Shown here: in pieces, positions 23,591 through 32,929 of the stretch
Layout of the letters: every line of letters starts with the position of its first letter
How positions within the stretch are numbered: position 1 is the stretch's first letter
Notes under the pieces: model-generated
What the model was told of the DNA's origin: nothing
The model's input: the letters and a program-made list of their open reading frames with translations, nothing else
The model's database searches: none
Assembly (NCBI GenBank): GCA_030638735.1
Contig: DAOWEB010000035.1
Coordinates: 1-35,865, forward strand
Length of the DNA stretch: 35,865 nucleotides
Direction of reading: 5' to 3'
Source: Spirochaetaceae bacterium
Lineage (GTDB): Bacteria; Spirochaetota; Spirochaetia; B11-G9
Program-made: the position numbers and the translations under genes

Positions 23591-25543
23591 TTATACATCA
23601 AACCATCCAACAACATCATCAGTAATCGGACTAAGATGCAAAGTAAGAATAAAGGTTGCATCTGTAAGAACTCCAGCAATATCAAATGTATAAATATCAA
23701 GAGTCGTAGCTGGAAGAGTCCCTCTAATAAATGTAAATAGAATAGGATTTGCAGAAATATTATCCGCAAAGGCAGAATACCCATATGATATACTTGAAAT
23801 TCCATGATCAAGTTGATAATGTCCGGTTCCTATTTTAGCTATTGTCCATCCTTTCATAGGTATAGGGACACTGAATACTCCAGACCCTGTAATCCTCACT
23901 GGTATAGAAAGATTATCTGTATTAAACCAAGTTTCAGTAGCATTGATTTCTATGATATTTCCTGTTGCCTGGCTAAAGAAAACATTAGAACTAAGTTTAA
24001 CCCCAAAAGTATCATCTAAGGATACAGCGTAATCTCCACCTCTAACCGTATTCCCTATTATTACACAATTGTCGCTGCGGACAAGAGATATAGCACCTTC
24101 TCCAGCTACTGTGCTTTGAGGTCTAAAATCATTACCAATTATTTTTGTATAAGGCATATCGATTAAATAAACTAAAAACCCTTGTGTTGAATCACCTGTT
24201 ACTAAAGATTGATTATTAGATATAATACATGTATTTTGAGGAGTCGCCACATCTCCTTTAATTAGTATTATATATTGTCCTGTTTCTATGTGATTAAACT
24301 TATTATTAGCTATTGTTAATTTACCATTATTTGTACCAAAATTAGCAAATAATGCCGCCATAGATGCACTTTTATTCGCATTCAATTCCATTACAATATT
24401 ATTTGTAAAGATAGAATTTGCACCATGATCAAATCTGATAGCCTGGGGTATTCTAAAGAATTGATTATTAGTTATTATACTGTACTCTGATTCTTCAGAC
24501 ATAAGAATTCCGCACTGAAAAACAGATGTATTATCAAATGGAAAATCTCGGAATATACAACCATCTATTAAAGCACCTTCCTGTTCTGTCCCACCTGTCA
24601 GGTCTTGTACAAATATTCCAAAGGAAGCATATTTCTCAAATGTACAATTTATAACTCTAGGAAAAGCACAATCTCTTATATCTATCCCGTCTCTTCTGTT
24701 TGCTCCGTCATATATGATTGAATCATCAGAAGTACCTATAAATTTAATATTTTGAATAGTAACCCTTGAACAGCCAGCTCCTATTCTTATAGCATGGTCA
24801 ATATCATCAACTTTTGTCTGTATGATTCCACCTTGTATAATCACACTTTCTTTATTAGTAATTAAAACTTCTGCTAAAACAAATGAATTATCAGATTCAA
24901 ATACAAAAGTCTGGCCAGTGTCTAATAAATTAATACCGATCTGAACTGCAGCCGAATCATCAGTAATACCGTCTCCTTTAGCACCTGTCCATTTTGCGTT
25001 TATTATTCCGCCATAGCTCCATAACCATCTTCCTGGGTCTGCAGGGTTTATAGCTGTAGGTTTTATTATTGAGGCTCCATTGTCTGCCGCTGTAGATGCA
25101 GTATTCCAATAGCGGATGGGACCTCCTCCACCATCTCCTGCGGTGTAATACCCGGCCACTGATATCTGGACGGCTGGATCTGTTGGAATAATTAGCCTTA
25201 AATCTGCTATTGTGTCAGTTTTTAAAACTACTTGTCCGCTAGGGGCATTGAAATAATCCACTGAGTCTAATAGAGAATATACTGTGGCCCCTCTTTTATC
25301 CTGGACAAGAATAGAATAGTTTGTAGATGTGTAAAGCCTGGAAGCGGCTCCATTATATACAGGGTATCCACCTTTTGTTCTGATATTCGAGGCTGGAACT
25401 GTAAGACTTGGATCCCAATAAGCCTGTAGTGGGTTTGATATTGGGTTAAGACCAGCTACACCTATAAAGATATATCCATCTTCAAGTGGATCGCCGTCTA
25501 CATCTGTAAAAACTGGAAATGGATTCTGTACTAAATTTGGCAT
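23591..25543 (-). CDS. Tailspike: P22-like head-binding domain plus right-handed beta-helix
   Basis: PFPVFTDVDGDPLEDGYIFIG..NP..NP head-binding motif, GYYTAGDGGGG, GAKGDGITDDSAAVQ pectate_lyase_3 lead-in, and Asn-ladder repeats. Confidence 0.88.
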   Translation of the reverse strand: MPNLVQNPFPVFTDVDGDPLEDGYIFIGVAGLNPISNPLQAYWDPSLTVPASNIRTKGGYPVYNGAASRLYTSTNYSILVQDKRGATVYSLLDSVDYFNAPSGQVVLKTDTIADLRLIIPTDPAVQISVAGYYTAGDGGGGPIRYWNTASTAADNGASIIKPTAINPADPGRWLWSYGGIINAKWTGAKGDGITDDSAAVQIGINLLDTGQTFVFESDNSFVLAEVLITNKESVIIQGGIIQTKVDDIDHAIRIGAGCSRVTIQNIKFIGTSDDSIIYDGANRRDGIDIRDCAFPRVINCTFEKYASFGIFVQDLTGGTEQEGALIDGCIFRDFPFDNTSVFQCGILMSEESEYSIITNNQFFRIPQAIRFDHGANSIFTNNIVMELNANKSASMAALFANFGTNNGKLTIANNKFNHIETGQYIILIKGDVATPQNTCIISNNQSLVTGDSTQGFLVYLIDMPYTKIIGNDFRPQSTVAGEGAISLVRSDNCVIIGNTVRGGDYAVSLDDTFGVKLSSNVFFSQATGNIIEINATETWFNTDNLSIPVRITGSGVFSVPIPMKGWTIAKIGTGHYQLDHGISSISYGYSAFADNISANPILFTFIRGTLPATTLDIYTFDIAGVLTDATFILTLHLSPITDDVVGWFDV

Positions 25544-25546
25544 CGT

Positions 25547-27538
25547 TTACTCCTCTATCTTTTGTGCAGCCTGAGCGGTCTCAAGCAATCGTTTAAATAA
25601 TACGGCCTCTTCTGCTGATCCTGCAACACTAAGAGGGATTTTCATAAGTATATCACGAACTGGCTTTGATTCATACAATCTTGCAGCTCCGCCAACTCCT
25701 GCACCTGTTCCAACTGCTCCTAGAAATCCTTCAAGACCTCCACCAAAGAATGATGCAAGTCCGGCGGCTCCAACTGGAATAACTGTCTGTATTCCTGTAG
25801 GCGGTGTTACTGCTGCCTGCCCAGCTCTTTTTGTAGCATCCAAAACACGCACAAGCCCTTCGACCTCTTTAAGATCATCGGCTTTAAAAAATACCCCTGT
25901 TTGGCTTCCGAGACGTTTAACAGCATTAGCGAACCTATCAGGAGAAATAGCCTCTCCTCCTGCCTGTTCAACTGCTTTTGCAATAATGGCAGTCCTGGCC
26001 GAAGATCTTCCTGGTTCCGAAAGCTGATTATACAATTTAGAAACATCAGAACGGTTTTTGCTAAACAATAGGCTATTAACTATTTCTGGAGTTGCCTCTC
26101 CACGGTTTAAAACTCTTTTTAAAGCTGGAATATCTAAGTCTCTCATCATTTCAGAAAGATGTTTGTTTGAAATTTCCCATTTATTAAGGTCAGCTTGTCC
26201 GCCAACTTCTCGGATATAATCGGACATATCCTTTTTTACTGCGCCATAAATAGATGATAGAGCTCTTTCACCTGTTGACCTTACGCCAGCAAGCTCAGGA
26301 GCCTTGAAACTTTCCCCGAGCTGCTTTCTTAGCAATTCGACATTTTTCAAATCCTGGTCTTGAATAGCGTCTTTCCAGTCAGCAAGGCGAGCAATTACGG
26401 GATCCATCTCTGCAGTCCCTAGGCTTTCAAGCTTAACTATCTGATCGTCAATTGCTGAAACAGTATTATTTACAGGAACAATATCATCAGAAAGTTTTGT
26501 TATTACATCATCTTTTGCGGTTGCCCATTTTGAAATATTAGCAGATCTTGTTTTCAAGAGATCGTCAACGATATCATCAGAAAGATTTGCAACGTCATCT
26601 GCTCCATATTGCTGAATAAGATCCCGAACAGCTGCCACTCTTTCAGCTTGCTGTTTACTTCTAAGCCTGCCAGTTCCAAAAACAGGGATTTTTTCCGTTA
26701 TACTCTGAACCCATCTTTTCACAAAAGTTTGGGGTGGTGCAACATCTGAGGTTAATAATCTGACCCCGGCTTCCTCTGCCTCCTGTACTGGTGCTGTAGC
26801 TCCTATTCTTGCTCTGGGCTGACCTACAACAGATCCAAGTACGCTACCACCGAGTCCAGCGGCTATTTGCCCTACTGGACCAGCTCCTGCCTCCTCTGCA
26901 AGCCTTTGTGCTCCTCCTGCTCCTATTCCCCCAGTTATCTGTTGGATAGGCTGTGAGGCTAAAGTCTGGCCTATTGCCTGGGTTGCTGTAGGTACTAATT
27001 TTGCTCCGGCTGTCATAGCTGTTCCAAGTCCTACACTCCCCATTGCTCCGGCTGCTCCCTCTGCTGCTGACTCAAATATCTTTTCCGCTGCAGTATCAGG
27101 TTTAGGTACTCCCATCTGGTCAAAAAGTGCTGTTAAGGCTGTTCTTGCATCACCATAATTAGTACCAAATGTTTTATTTATAAAGTTAGTTATCCCTGGG
27201 GAAATAGCTTTTGTAACTTCAACTCCGGCGGCTCCAACCCCTGCACCAACAGGGCCTGCTAAAACACCACCAATACCAGCAGCCGTTGCCGTTGGACCAG
27301 CTCCACGAACTAATCCACCAAGTAATCCACCCACTGTCGTTTTTGGTTTTACTGGAGGCTGCTCTACTTGAGGGGCTGCAAGTCTCTGCTTTGCTGCTTC
27401 TGTAGTCTCAAAAGTATACTCCCCAGGACCTGCAATCTCTCTGATTGATGCAACGTATTCACGTACCTCTGCCCCGTTCGGATCGACTCCCTCTGGAATA
27501 TTAACAATAATATTGTCTCTTGTTTTTATTTTTGGCAT
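25547..27538 (-). CDS. DNA ejection protein (P22 gp16-like)
   Basis: Gly/Ala-rich hydrophobic segments and ARLYESKPVRDILMKI; third gene of the ejection trio. Confidence 0.7.
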   Translation of the reverse strand: MPKIKTRDNIIVNIPEGVDPNGAEVREYVASIREIAGPGEYTFETTEAAKQRLAAPQVEQPPVKPKTTVGGLLGGLVRGAGPTATAAGIGGVLAGPVGAGVGAAGVEVTKAISPGITNFINKTFGTNYGDARTALTALFDQMGVPKPDTAAEKIFESAAEGAAGAMGSVGLGTAMTAGAKLVPTATQAIGQTLASQPIQQITGGIGAGGAQRLAEEAGAGPVGQIAAGLGGSVLGSVVGQPRARIGATAPVQEAEEAGVRLLTSDVAPPQTFVKRWVQSITEKIPVFGTGRLRSKQQAERVAAVRDLIQQYGADDVANLSDDIVDDLLKTRSANISKWATAKDDVITKLSDDIVPVNNTVSAIDDQIVKLESLGTAEMDPVIARLADWKDAIQDQDLKNVELLRKQLGESFKAPELAGVRSTGERALSSIYGAVKKDMSDYIREVGGQADLNKWEISNKHLSEMMRDLDIPALKRVLNRGEATPEIVNSLLFSKNRSDVSKLYNQLSEPGRSSARTAIIAKAVEQAGGEAISPDRFANAVKRLGSQTGVFFKADDLKEVEGLVRVLDATKRAGQAAVTPPTGIQTVIPVGAAGLASFFGGGLEGFLGAVGTGAGVGGAARLYESKPVRDILMKIPLSVAGSAEEAVLFKRLLETAQAAQKIEE

Positions 27539-28861
27539 TTAGAAATCCACCTGTATAATAGTTTCGCTTCCTTCTCCTGGAAAAGAAGTATAAGTGTTCG
27601 GATAAGCCACTTTTATCTCTTCTTCTGTCATAGCCTCAATATTTCCGGTTGAATCTGGATTATTAGATCTGGCAAACGTCCTAAGCTCAGAGAGTCTGTC
27701 TACTGTAGGCTGGGAATGTTCTTGTGTTCCAAAAACATTTCCAGGGTTTAGTTTGTAGTTTTTTACAGGGATCATTAAATCAGCTCTATGGCGTTTTTCC
27801 ATCGATCCGTATGAATCCATGTATTTACCTGCTAAACCTACAAAGTTTTCCCTTTGTCCCTCTGTTAAAAATTCACCAGCTCTTAATTTAGGCAGTAAAG
27901 CTTCTAGTCTACCAAACATTCCAGACGTATCCTGTGCCATTGCAAATTCCGACTCTCTAACAACTGAACCCGGATCGAGCATTTTCATAAATGCAAAAAC
28001 AAGAGCAACATCCCCTGCTCCAGTAGGATCTTCCCCCGAAGCCTTAATATTATCGAAAGTTACCAGGGTGTCATTAAAATCACCGACACGGCCTATATAT
28101 TCTTTCCTGAGCTTTTCTTCCATATTAAAAATATCCTGAGGATCTAAAGTCCCGGCTTCCTGTCCGGATGCATACTCAAGGATCATTTTTGCAGTTTGCT
28201 GATTAAATTTTGATGCTGTTTCCATGGCTTTCCGTTTACCTTCAGGAGTAAATTCAAGATCATTTGCCATTTTAAGAAGTGTTCCTTCATGAACTTGTAC
28301 GGCTCTGGCTTCTTCTCCGAGTCCGACTGCTGTATCGATAAGATCCGTTCCACCTGGTAACTGAGAGAGGATAACACCTAACATTGTTTCTATAGACTGA
28401 GCCCCTATATTCCCTGAAGCAATAGTATTTGACATTGTTTGAAGCATTGTTGCTTCTCTATCTTTCCCACTGTTCTTGTAAGCTGTTATCATATCATCCA
28501 TGAGAGTTTTTGCAATTTCAGGATTGCCAGAAACAAGAGCGGAATAAACTTTAGCCTGTTGATCCAGTTCCTGTCGTTGTTGTTCTTCTGTTAATGTATT
28601 GAAAGAGGACATAAGAGCCTTACTTTGCTCTGGACCCTGCAATAATCCTAAATCGGCATAGTTTTGAGCTGATCTATCACCAGATAGAATCTTGTTCATT
28701 ATGCCATTGACTTGAGCCTGCCTTTGTGCTCCTTGAGCTTGTGAAGCTGCGAGGGCTTCGGCTTCTCTTCTCTGGGTTATTATACCACCTATTCCGGCGC
28801 CTATATCCGTTAGACTTATTCCTGGCATATTCTGTGTGAACTGTGTTACTAAATCAGACAT
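27539..28861 (-). CDS. DNA ejection protein (P22 gp20 position)
   Basis: Helical, Gln-rich protein with GDVALVFAFMKMLDPGSVVRESEF, a motif common in podovirus internal virion proteins. Confidence 0.7.
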   Translation of the reverse strand: MSDLVTQFTQNMPGISLTDIGAGIGGIITQRREAEALAASQAQGAQRQAQVNGIMNKILSGDRSAQNYADLGLLQGPEQSKALMSSFNTLTEEQQRQELDQQAKVYSALVSGNPEIAKTLMDDMITAYKNSGKDREATMLQTMSNTIASGNIGAQSIETMLGVILSQLPGGTDLIDTAVGLGEEARAVQVHEGTLLKMANDLEFTPEGKRKAMETASKFNQQTAKMILEYASGQEAGTLDPQDIFNMEEKLRKEYIGRVGDFNDTLVTFDNIKASGEDPTGAGDVALVFAFMKMLDPGSVVRESEFAMAQDTSGMFGRLEALLPKLRAGEFLTEGQRENFVGLAGKYMDSYGSMEKRHRADLMIPVKNYKLNPGNVFGTQEHSQPTVDRLSELRTFARSNNPDSTGNIEAMTEEEIKVAYPNTYTSFPGEGSETIIQVDF

Positions 28862-29538
28862 TAGAATCCACCTCCTGCAATAGAGGTCCCAATATTAACC
28901 CCTAATCCGGCCAAATCAGTAAGAAAACCTCTCTGCAGATTGTATTGTCCTAATATATTTGAGCCTTCTAGTTGACCCTGCTGAGTTAAAAGGTTTCCTA
29001 TATTTGCACCAGTCCCAATCCCTGCCTGACCTACACCAGCAGCAGAAGCCTGTCCCATTCCTGAAATTCCTCCAAGCTGTGAATATCTCTGATCAATCAA
29101 ACCACTTAAAACTTGTGGCCTAAACTGAGCTAAAGCATCCTGAGTCCTACCTCCACGAAGTCCACCTGTTGCAGCAGCGTTCTGTAGGATTGATGTTTCT
29201 CCACTTTGAATCATAGCTTCATATGATGGAGATTCCTGTATTGCCTGTATAGCTTCCTGTTGTGCTTCTGGTCCTAAAGCTCCAGTCAATGCTTGCTGTT
29301 GATCTAATGCTGCAGCCCCCGCATCCGTATAAGGAGATAACATTTCCTGCATCGCATCAAATTGCCGTTGCTGTTCATCAATAGCTAATCCAGTCCCTTC
29401 TATCTGTACATCTGTTGCTTCTTTTGCAGCTGTAACCCCTGTTACATCTTTCCACAAGTCCCCCAGTCCAGTTAATGGATTATATCCACCTTTTTCCCCG
29501 GATTTAAAAGCACCTGCAGCCAATAAAGGTATTAACAT
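28861..29538 (-). CDS. DNA transfer/ejection protein (P22 gp7-like)
   Basis: ILQNAAATGGLRGGRTQDALAQF...GQASAAG. Confidence 0.8.
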   Translation of the reverse strand: MLIPLLAAGAFKSGEKGGYNPLTGLGDLWKDVTGVTAAKEATDVQIEGTGLAIDEQQRQFDAMQEMLSPYTDAGAAALDQQQALTGALGPEAQQEAIQAIQESPSYEAMIQSGETSILQNAAATGGLRGGRTQDALAQFRPQVLSGLIDQRYSQLGGISGMGQASAAGVGQAGIGTGANIGNLLTQQGQLEGSNILGQYNLQRGFLTDLAGLGVNIGTSIAGGGF

Positions 29539-29593
29539 ATCTTCACCTCCATATCTTCAATTATACTCTTAATTCTCAATAAAAATAATTGTA

Positions 29594-29935
29594 TCAATTT
29601 ACAATCTCCCGACCGCTAATTACAATTGTTATGGCAGAGGCGACACTTGCAATTGTAGAGATAATCCCGGCGGTGTCCATGATCTGCCCAACAAGCTCTG
29701 GGAAAGTGTAAGTTTCTCCAGGTGCAATATTTCTTTCTTTGACAATTAAATTAGAATCTCCAACAGAATCACCGATAGGAATAAGATTAACACTTAATTT
29801 TTCTGGAGATCCGCTGGTATTTGTTCCTGTGAATTTGTCAATAACTATTTTAGATCCACTTGGCACGGTATATTGAGAAGTTTGAATATTCTCTGCCTCT
29901 TTAGGTGGTACAAATAATCTTGTATATACTGCCAT
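29594..29935 (-). CDS. Small virion (tail-associated) beta protein
   Basis: PPKEAENIQTSQYT...IDKFTGTN...PGETYTFPELVGQ, recalled as conserved downstream of gp10 in P22-like podoviruses. Confidence 0.65.
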   Translation of the reverse strand: MAVYTRLFVPPKEAENIQTSQYTVPSGSKIVIDKFTGTNTSGSPEKLSVNLIPIGDSVGDSNLIVKERNIAPGETYTFPELVGQIMDTAGIISTIASVASAITIVISGREIVN

Positions 29936-29945
29936 AATCTCTCCT

Positions 29946-31349
29946 CTATACTATCAATGGTTCGAGATCTGCTTCTAGTCGTGAAATTGCTATATAAGCA
30001 TTGCTGTCACCTGTGAATCTCTGAATTCGTGTATTCTTCATATGTCCCTGTCTCCACCAGACAAGGCGCTTAAGCCTATCTCCAGCTTTTCCAATCCTTA
30101 TGCTTCGCTCTTGACTCCATGTTCGGCCATCAAGAGAATATGATGTACTTATGACAGGATCACTAAAGCCCTGTGTTCTTCCTGTCAATGCAACCAGTTC
30201 GAGCCTTCTAAACAATGCTCCTCTGCTTTCGTTATATACAATTTTAGTGCCAAATTCCCATTTTACAGTATCCTCAAAGTGAGTAGAAATAGTATTATCC
30301 AAGACCCCTACTTTTGAGCTTTCTGTGTCCCCGACCTGCCATTTATCATAGCAAAATATAACATCTCTGGCTCTGTACTGTGAATAGTTCGCAATCGAAC
30401 TGGACATAATATACCAGACAGACTCCCCTACTGCTCTGGAGGCAGCCATATCATAAACTAAAGTTCTATCTGGGAGTCTTACCCATAAAAAAGCTTGACT
30501 TTTATCATTCAAAGTTTCAAGGACTGAATTAGATAATTCTTCTTCTGAAAACTGAATAAGGATCTCATCTATTTCCCTGGTGCTTATTTTTACTGTTCCA
30601 CCATTTGCTCCGAGATATATTGCGGGAGCTTCATTTCTTCCGCTTCCTAAAAATGCAATCGTGTCTTCATAAATAATAGAACAGAATGTCCCGATAGATC
30701 CTCTCTGAATCTGTGCCCCGTTTATCCTCTGGAAGGGAAAACCCTCCCCTCCTACATTATCGAACACTTCGATTGTGTATCGATTGACTGCATATATTTC
30801 ATTACGAAGCTTTAAAAGTCCGTTTACAGGGTCTGGGTCTATTTCAGACGATCCATACTTTGTAGGAAGAACTTGTGTCGGATCCGTCAATTCTGTAACA
30901 ACAAGGAATTCACCATCCGTTGTCATGAAATACCCATCAACCCATACCACATCAAGAACTGTACCTAGGTCTAGGTCTGTCACCTGGGAGAGCGTTGAAC
31001 CATCATAATAGAAAAGGGATCTGTTAGATGAAATTGCAAGCTGATCAAATGAATAATCCATGCTTACCCGTTTGTTATCATTTCCAACATCTCCGATTTC
31101 TATAACTGTCCCTGCATTAGATATTCTGCAAAATTTACTTCCCATTACTCTATAGTGCTTCCCATTCCAGTTTATAGCTCCTCTGGAAATACCGGGACCG
31201 GTTCCGATCTCAACAATCCCCTCAACTGGACGCAAATATCCGTTTGAAACCCCAGTATTTTGTACTACTGGCATCATATTAAGGGGATATAGAGTTTTAT
31301 AATCGGCATTTTCTCCGGTATAAACACCGCTGATCATAGGGATCTGCAT
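29946..31349 (-). CDS. Packaged-DNA stabilization / tail hub protein (P22 gp10-like)
   Basis: MQIPMISGVY...YPLNMMPV...GYLRP...SRGAINWNG; beta-propeller character; SYSLDGRTWSQER. Confidence 0.9.
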   Translation of the reverse strand: MQIPMISGVYTGENADYKTLYPLNMMPVVQNTGVSNGYLRPVEGIVEIGTGPGISRGAINWNGKHYRVMGSKFCRISNAGTVIEIGDVGNDNKRVSMDYSFDQLAISSNRSLFYYDGSTLSQVTDLDLGTVLDVVWVDGYFMTTDGEFLVVTELTDPTQVLPTKYGSSEIDPDPVNGLLKLRNEIYAVNRYTIEVFDNVGGEGFPFQRINGAQIQRGSIGTFCSIIYEDTIAFLGSGRNEAPAIYLGANGGTVKISTREIDEILIQFSEEELSNSVLETLNDKSQAFLWVRLPDRTLVYDMAASRAVGESVWYIMSSSIANYSQYRARDVIFCYDKWQVGDTESSKVGVLDNTISTHFEDTVKWEFGTKIVYNESRGALFRRLELVALTGRTQGFSDPVISTSYSLDGRTWSQERSIRIGKAGDRLKRLVWWRQGHMKNTRIQRFTGDSNAYIAISRLEADLEPLIV

Positions 31350-31813
31350 TATCCGATCCTATACCATGAGTTTACAGTCTGGTCATATTTTAAAGTGAAA
31401 AAATCATCTGCACCCATTGAAGTAGGAGCGCCATACACTCCGGTTGCTCCATTTCCGTTTACAACAAAAGTGGAAATCTGTTTTGTGCTGTTCACAATTA
31501 CAATCTGTTTATCCCGTACCGTTCCGGATGCTGGGAGAGTTATAGCTCCATCAGCATAAGCAGCCGCAGGGGTCAGTATTAAATGTGTATCCTCGTTGTT
31601 GTCAGTTACCAGAATTGTAAACCCTGTTGCAGAGGGGGCTGAATACTGAGTATTAGGCTCAGGCCGTCCCGCATCAGGAAAAGTAAGATTGTTCTGATAT
31701 AGAGACATCACCGCCGATAGAGTTGTTAGTCTCCAATCGCTGGCCGCTACATCCCAAATAAACGCAAGATCCGACAATTCAGGATCTGTTTTTCTTGTGT
31801 AATTTCGTCCCAT
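31349..31813 (-). CDS. Virion protein between the gp4- and gp10-like genes
   Basis: QYSAPSATGF...LILTPAAAYADGAITLP...WYRIG; position conserved in related phages. Confidence 0.65.
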   Translation of the reverse strand: MGRNYTRKTDPELSDLAFIWDVAASDWRLTTLSAVMSLYQNNLTFPDAGRPEPNTQYSAPSATGFTILVTDNNEDTHLILTPAAAYADGAITLPASGTVRDKQIVIVNSTKQISTFVVNGNGATGVYGAPTSMGADDFFTLKYDQTVNSWYRIG

Positions 31814-32298
31814 TATACTGGTCCTCCCGATGGGTCAATAGTTTCGTCAACAGGCAATAGAATTTCGCTTTCAGGATCACGAGTCCATCTTCTATCATCT
31901 ATATTTTTATACGCTGCACCCTTTGGCATTGATGGTAATTGCATTTCTGGTGTTTGTGCATATTTTGCAATTAATGTGTTCATTGCGTTTTTTGCTGTTA
32001 TTTTTGTGTCCGGACTAACTGTTTTTCCATAACTTGGAGCAATCCTGATTGCAAGATTTGTTACTACAGCCTCCCATGCAACATCAGGAATATTGGAGTC
32101 AGAGTCAGGGTCTGGCGTGTTTGGTGTCCCTGAAATAGGATAAGATAGAATGATCCCCCTCCCGTTCCAGTTCATTATCATGGCATCGAGTTTCCTTATT
32201 CCTGATTGTAACTGTTCAGGGATAACATCAAAATCATAATCAGCGATCCCTAACTCATCAAGAGCGGAGTGGACAAGCTCACCCTTTGTGAAACTCAT
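31813..32298 (-). CDS. Head-to-tail adaptor (P22 gp4-like tail accessory factor)
   Basis: TKGELVHSALDELG...LDAMIMNW...NLAIRIAPSYGK...MPKGA. Confidence 0.88.
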   Translation of the reverse strand: MSFTKGELVHSALDELGIADYDFDVIPEQLQSGIRKLDAMIMNWNGRGIILSYPISGTPNTPDPDSDSNIPDVAWEAVVTNLAIRIAPSYGKTVSPDTKITAKNAMNTLIAKYAQTPEMQLPSMPKGAAYKNIDDRRWTRDPESEILLPVDETIDPSGGPV

Positions 32299-32573
32299 TT
32301 ACCTACTACCTTTTTCATTCTGGAAATGCGGCGCCTGGCTTCACTTTTTGCCCTCTTAAGCCTTGCCCTATTTCCCCGTATTTCCTGAGCTTCTGCCAGA
32401 GTATTAGCATCTTGTTCAGACTGCCATTTTGCTTCACTATTCTGGGAATATGGAGCCATAACTGTTTTTTTTGCTGCACTTTCCTTTTTTGGTGTTGATT
32501 TTTTAGAAGGAGCCTTTTTTTTATTTCCTGAGCCTTTCCCATTTTTAGAGGGATAACTTTTCTTTTTTGCCAT
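32295..32573 (-). CDS. Small, highly basic protein
   Basis: Lys-rich N-terminus, then WQSEQDANTLAEAQEI; GGAGG RBS. Confidence 0.7.
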   Translation of the reverse strand: MAKKKSYPSKNGKGSGNKKKAPSKKSTPKKESAAKKTVMAPYSQNSEAKWQSEQDANTLAEAQEIRGNRARLKRAKSEARRRISRMKKVVGK

Positions 32574-32896
32574 TATTCAGCCTCCGCAATCTCCAGTAAT
32601 TCCTGAAGATCTGATTTTTTATCTCTTGAATTGTACTCAATTCCGAGATCATCAAGAGCACCCATTATTTCAGATTTTGTGAGTTCATCAGATTCTATCT
32701 CCGCAAAAAGAGCATCATGAAAACTGTCCACATACCCGGCTTTCTCTGCTGCAGCAAGCTCATCTTCATCATTGACAATTACATCATCATATGATTTATT
32801 TTCTGATTTGCTACCCCATTTGATTTTCCCTGGTGAGGTGTACAGTGTTCTCGGAAATCTTGTTTCATCCTTTGTCATTGTTTCATCCTTTGTCAT
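32573..32896 (-). CDS. Small acidic protein with C-terminal HeH/LEM-like domain
   Basis: LTKSEIMGALDDLGIEYNSRDKKSDLQELL; follows the coat gene. Confidence 0.7.
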   Translation of the reverse strand: MTKDETMTKDETRFPRTLYTSPGKIKWGSKSENKSYDDVIVNDEDELAAAEKAGYVDSFHDALFAEIESDELTKSEIMGALDDLGIEYNSRDKKSDLQELLEIAEAE

Positions 32897-32903
32897 AATT
32901 TAC

Positions 32904-32924
32904 AAAGGGAGGCCGAAGCCTCCC
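32904..32924 (-). terminator. Hairpin with cUUCGg loop after the coat gene (weak terminator)
   Basis: GGGAGGC-TTCG-GCCTCCC-TTTGT. Confidence 0.75.
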
Positions 32925-32929
32925 GTATT

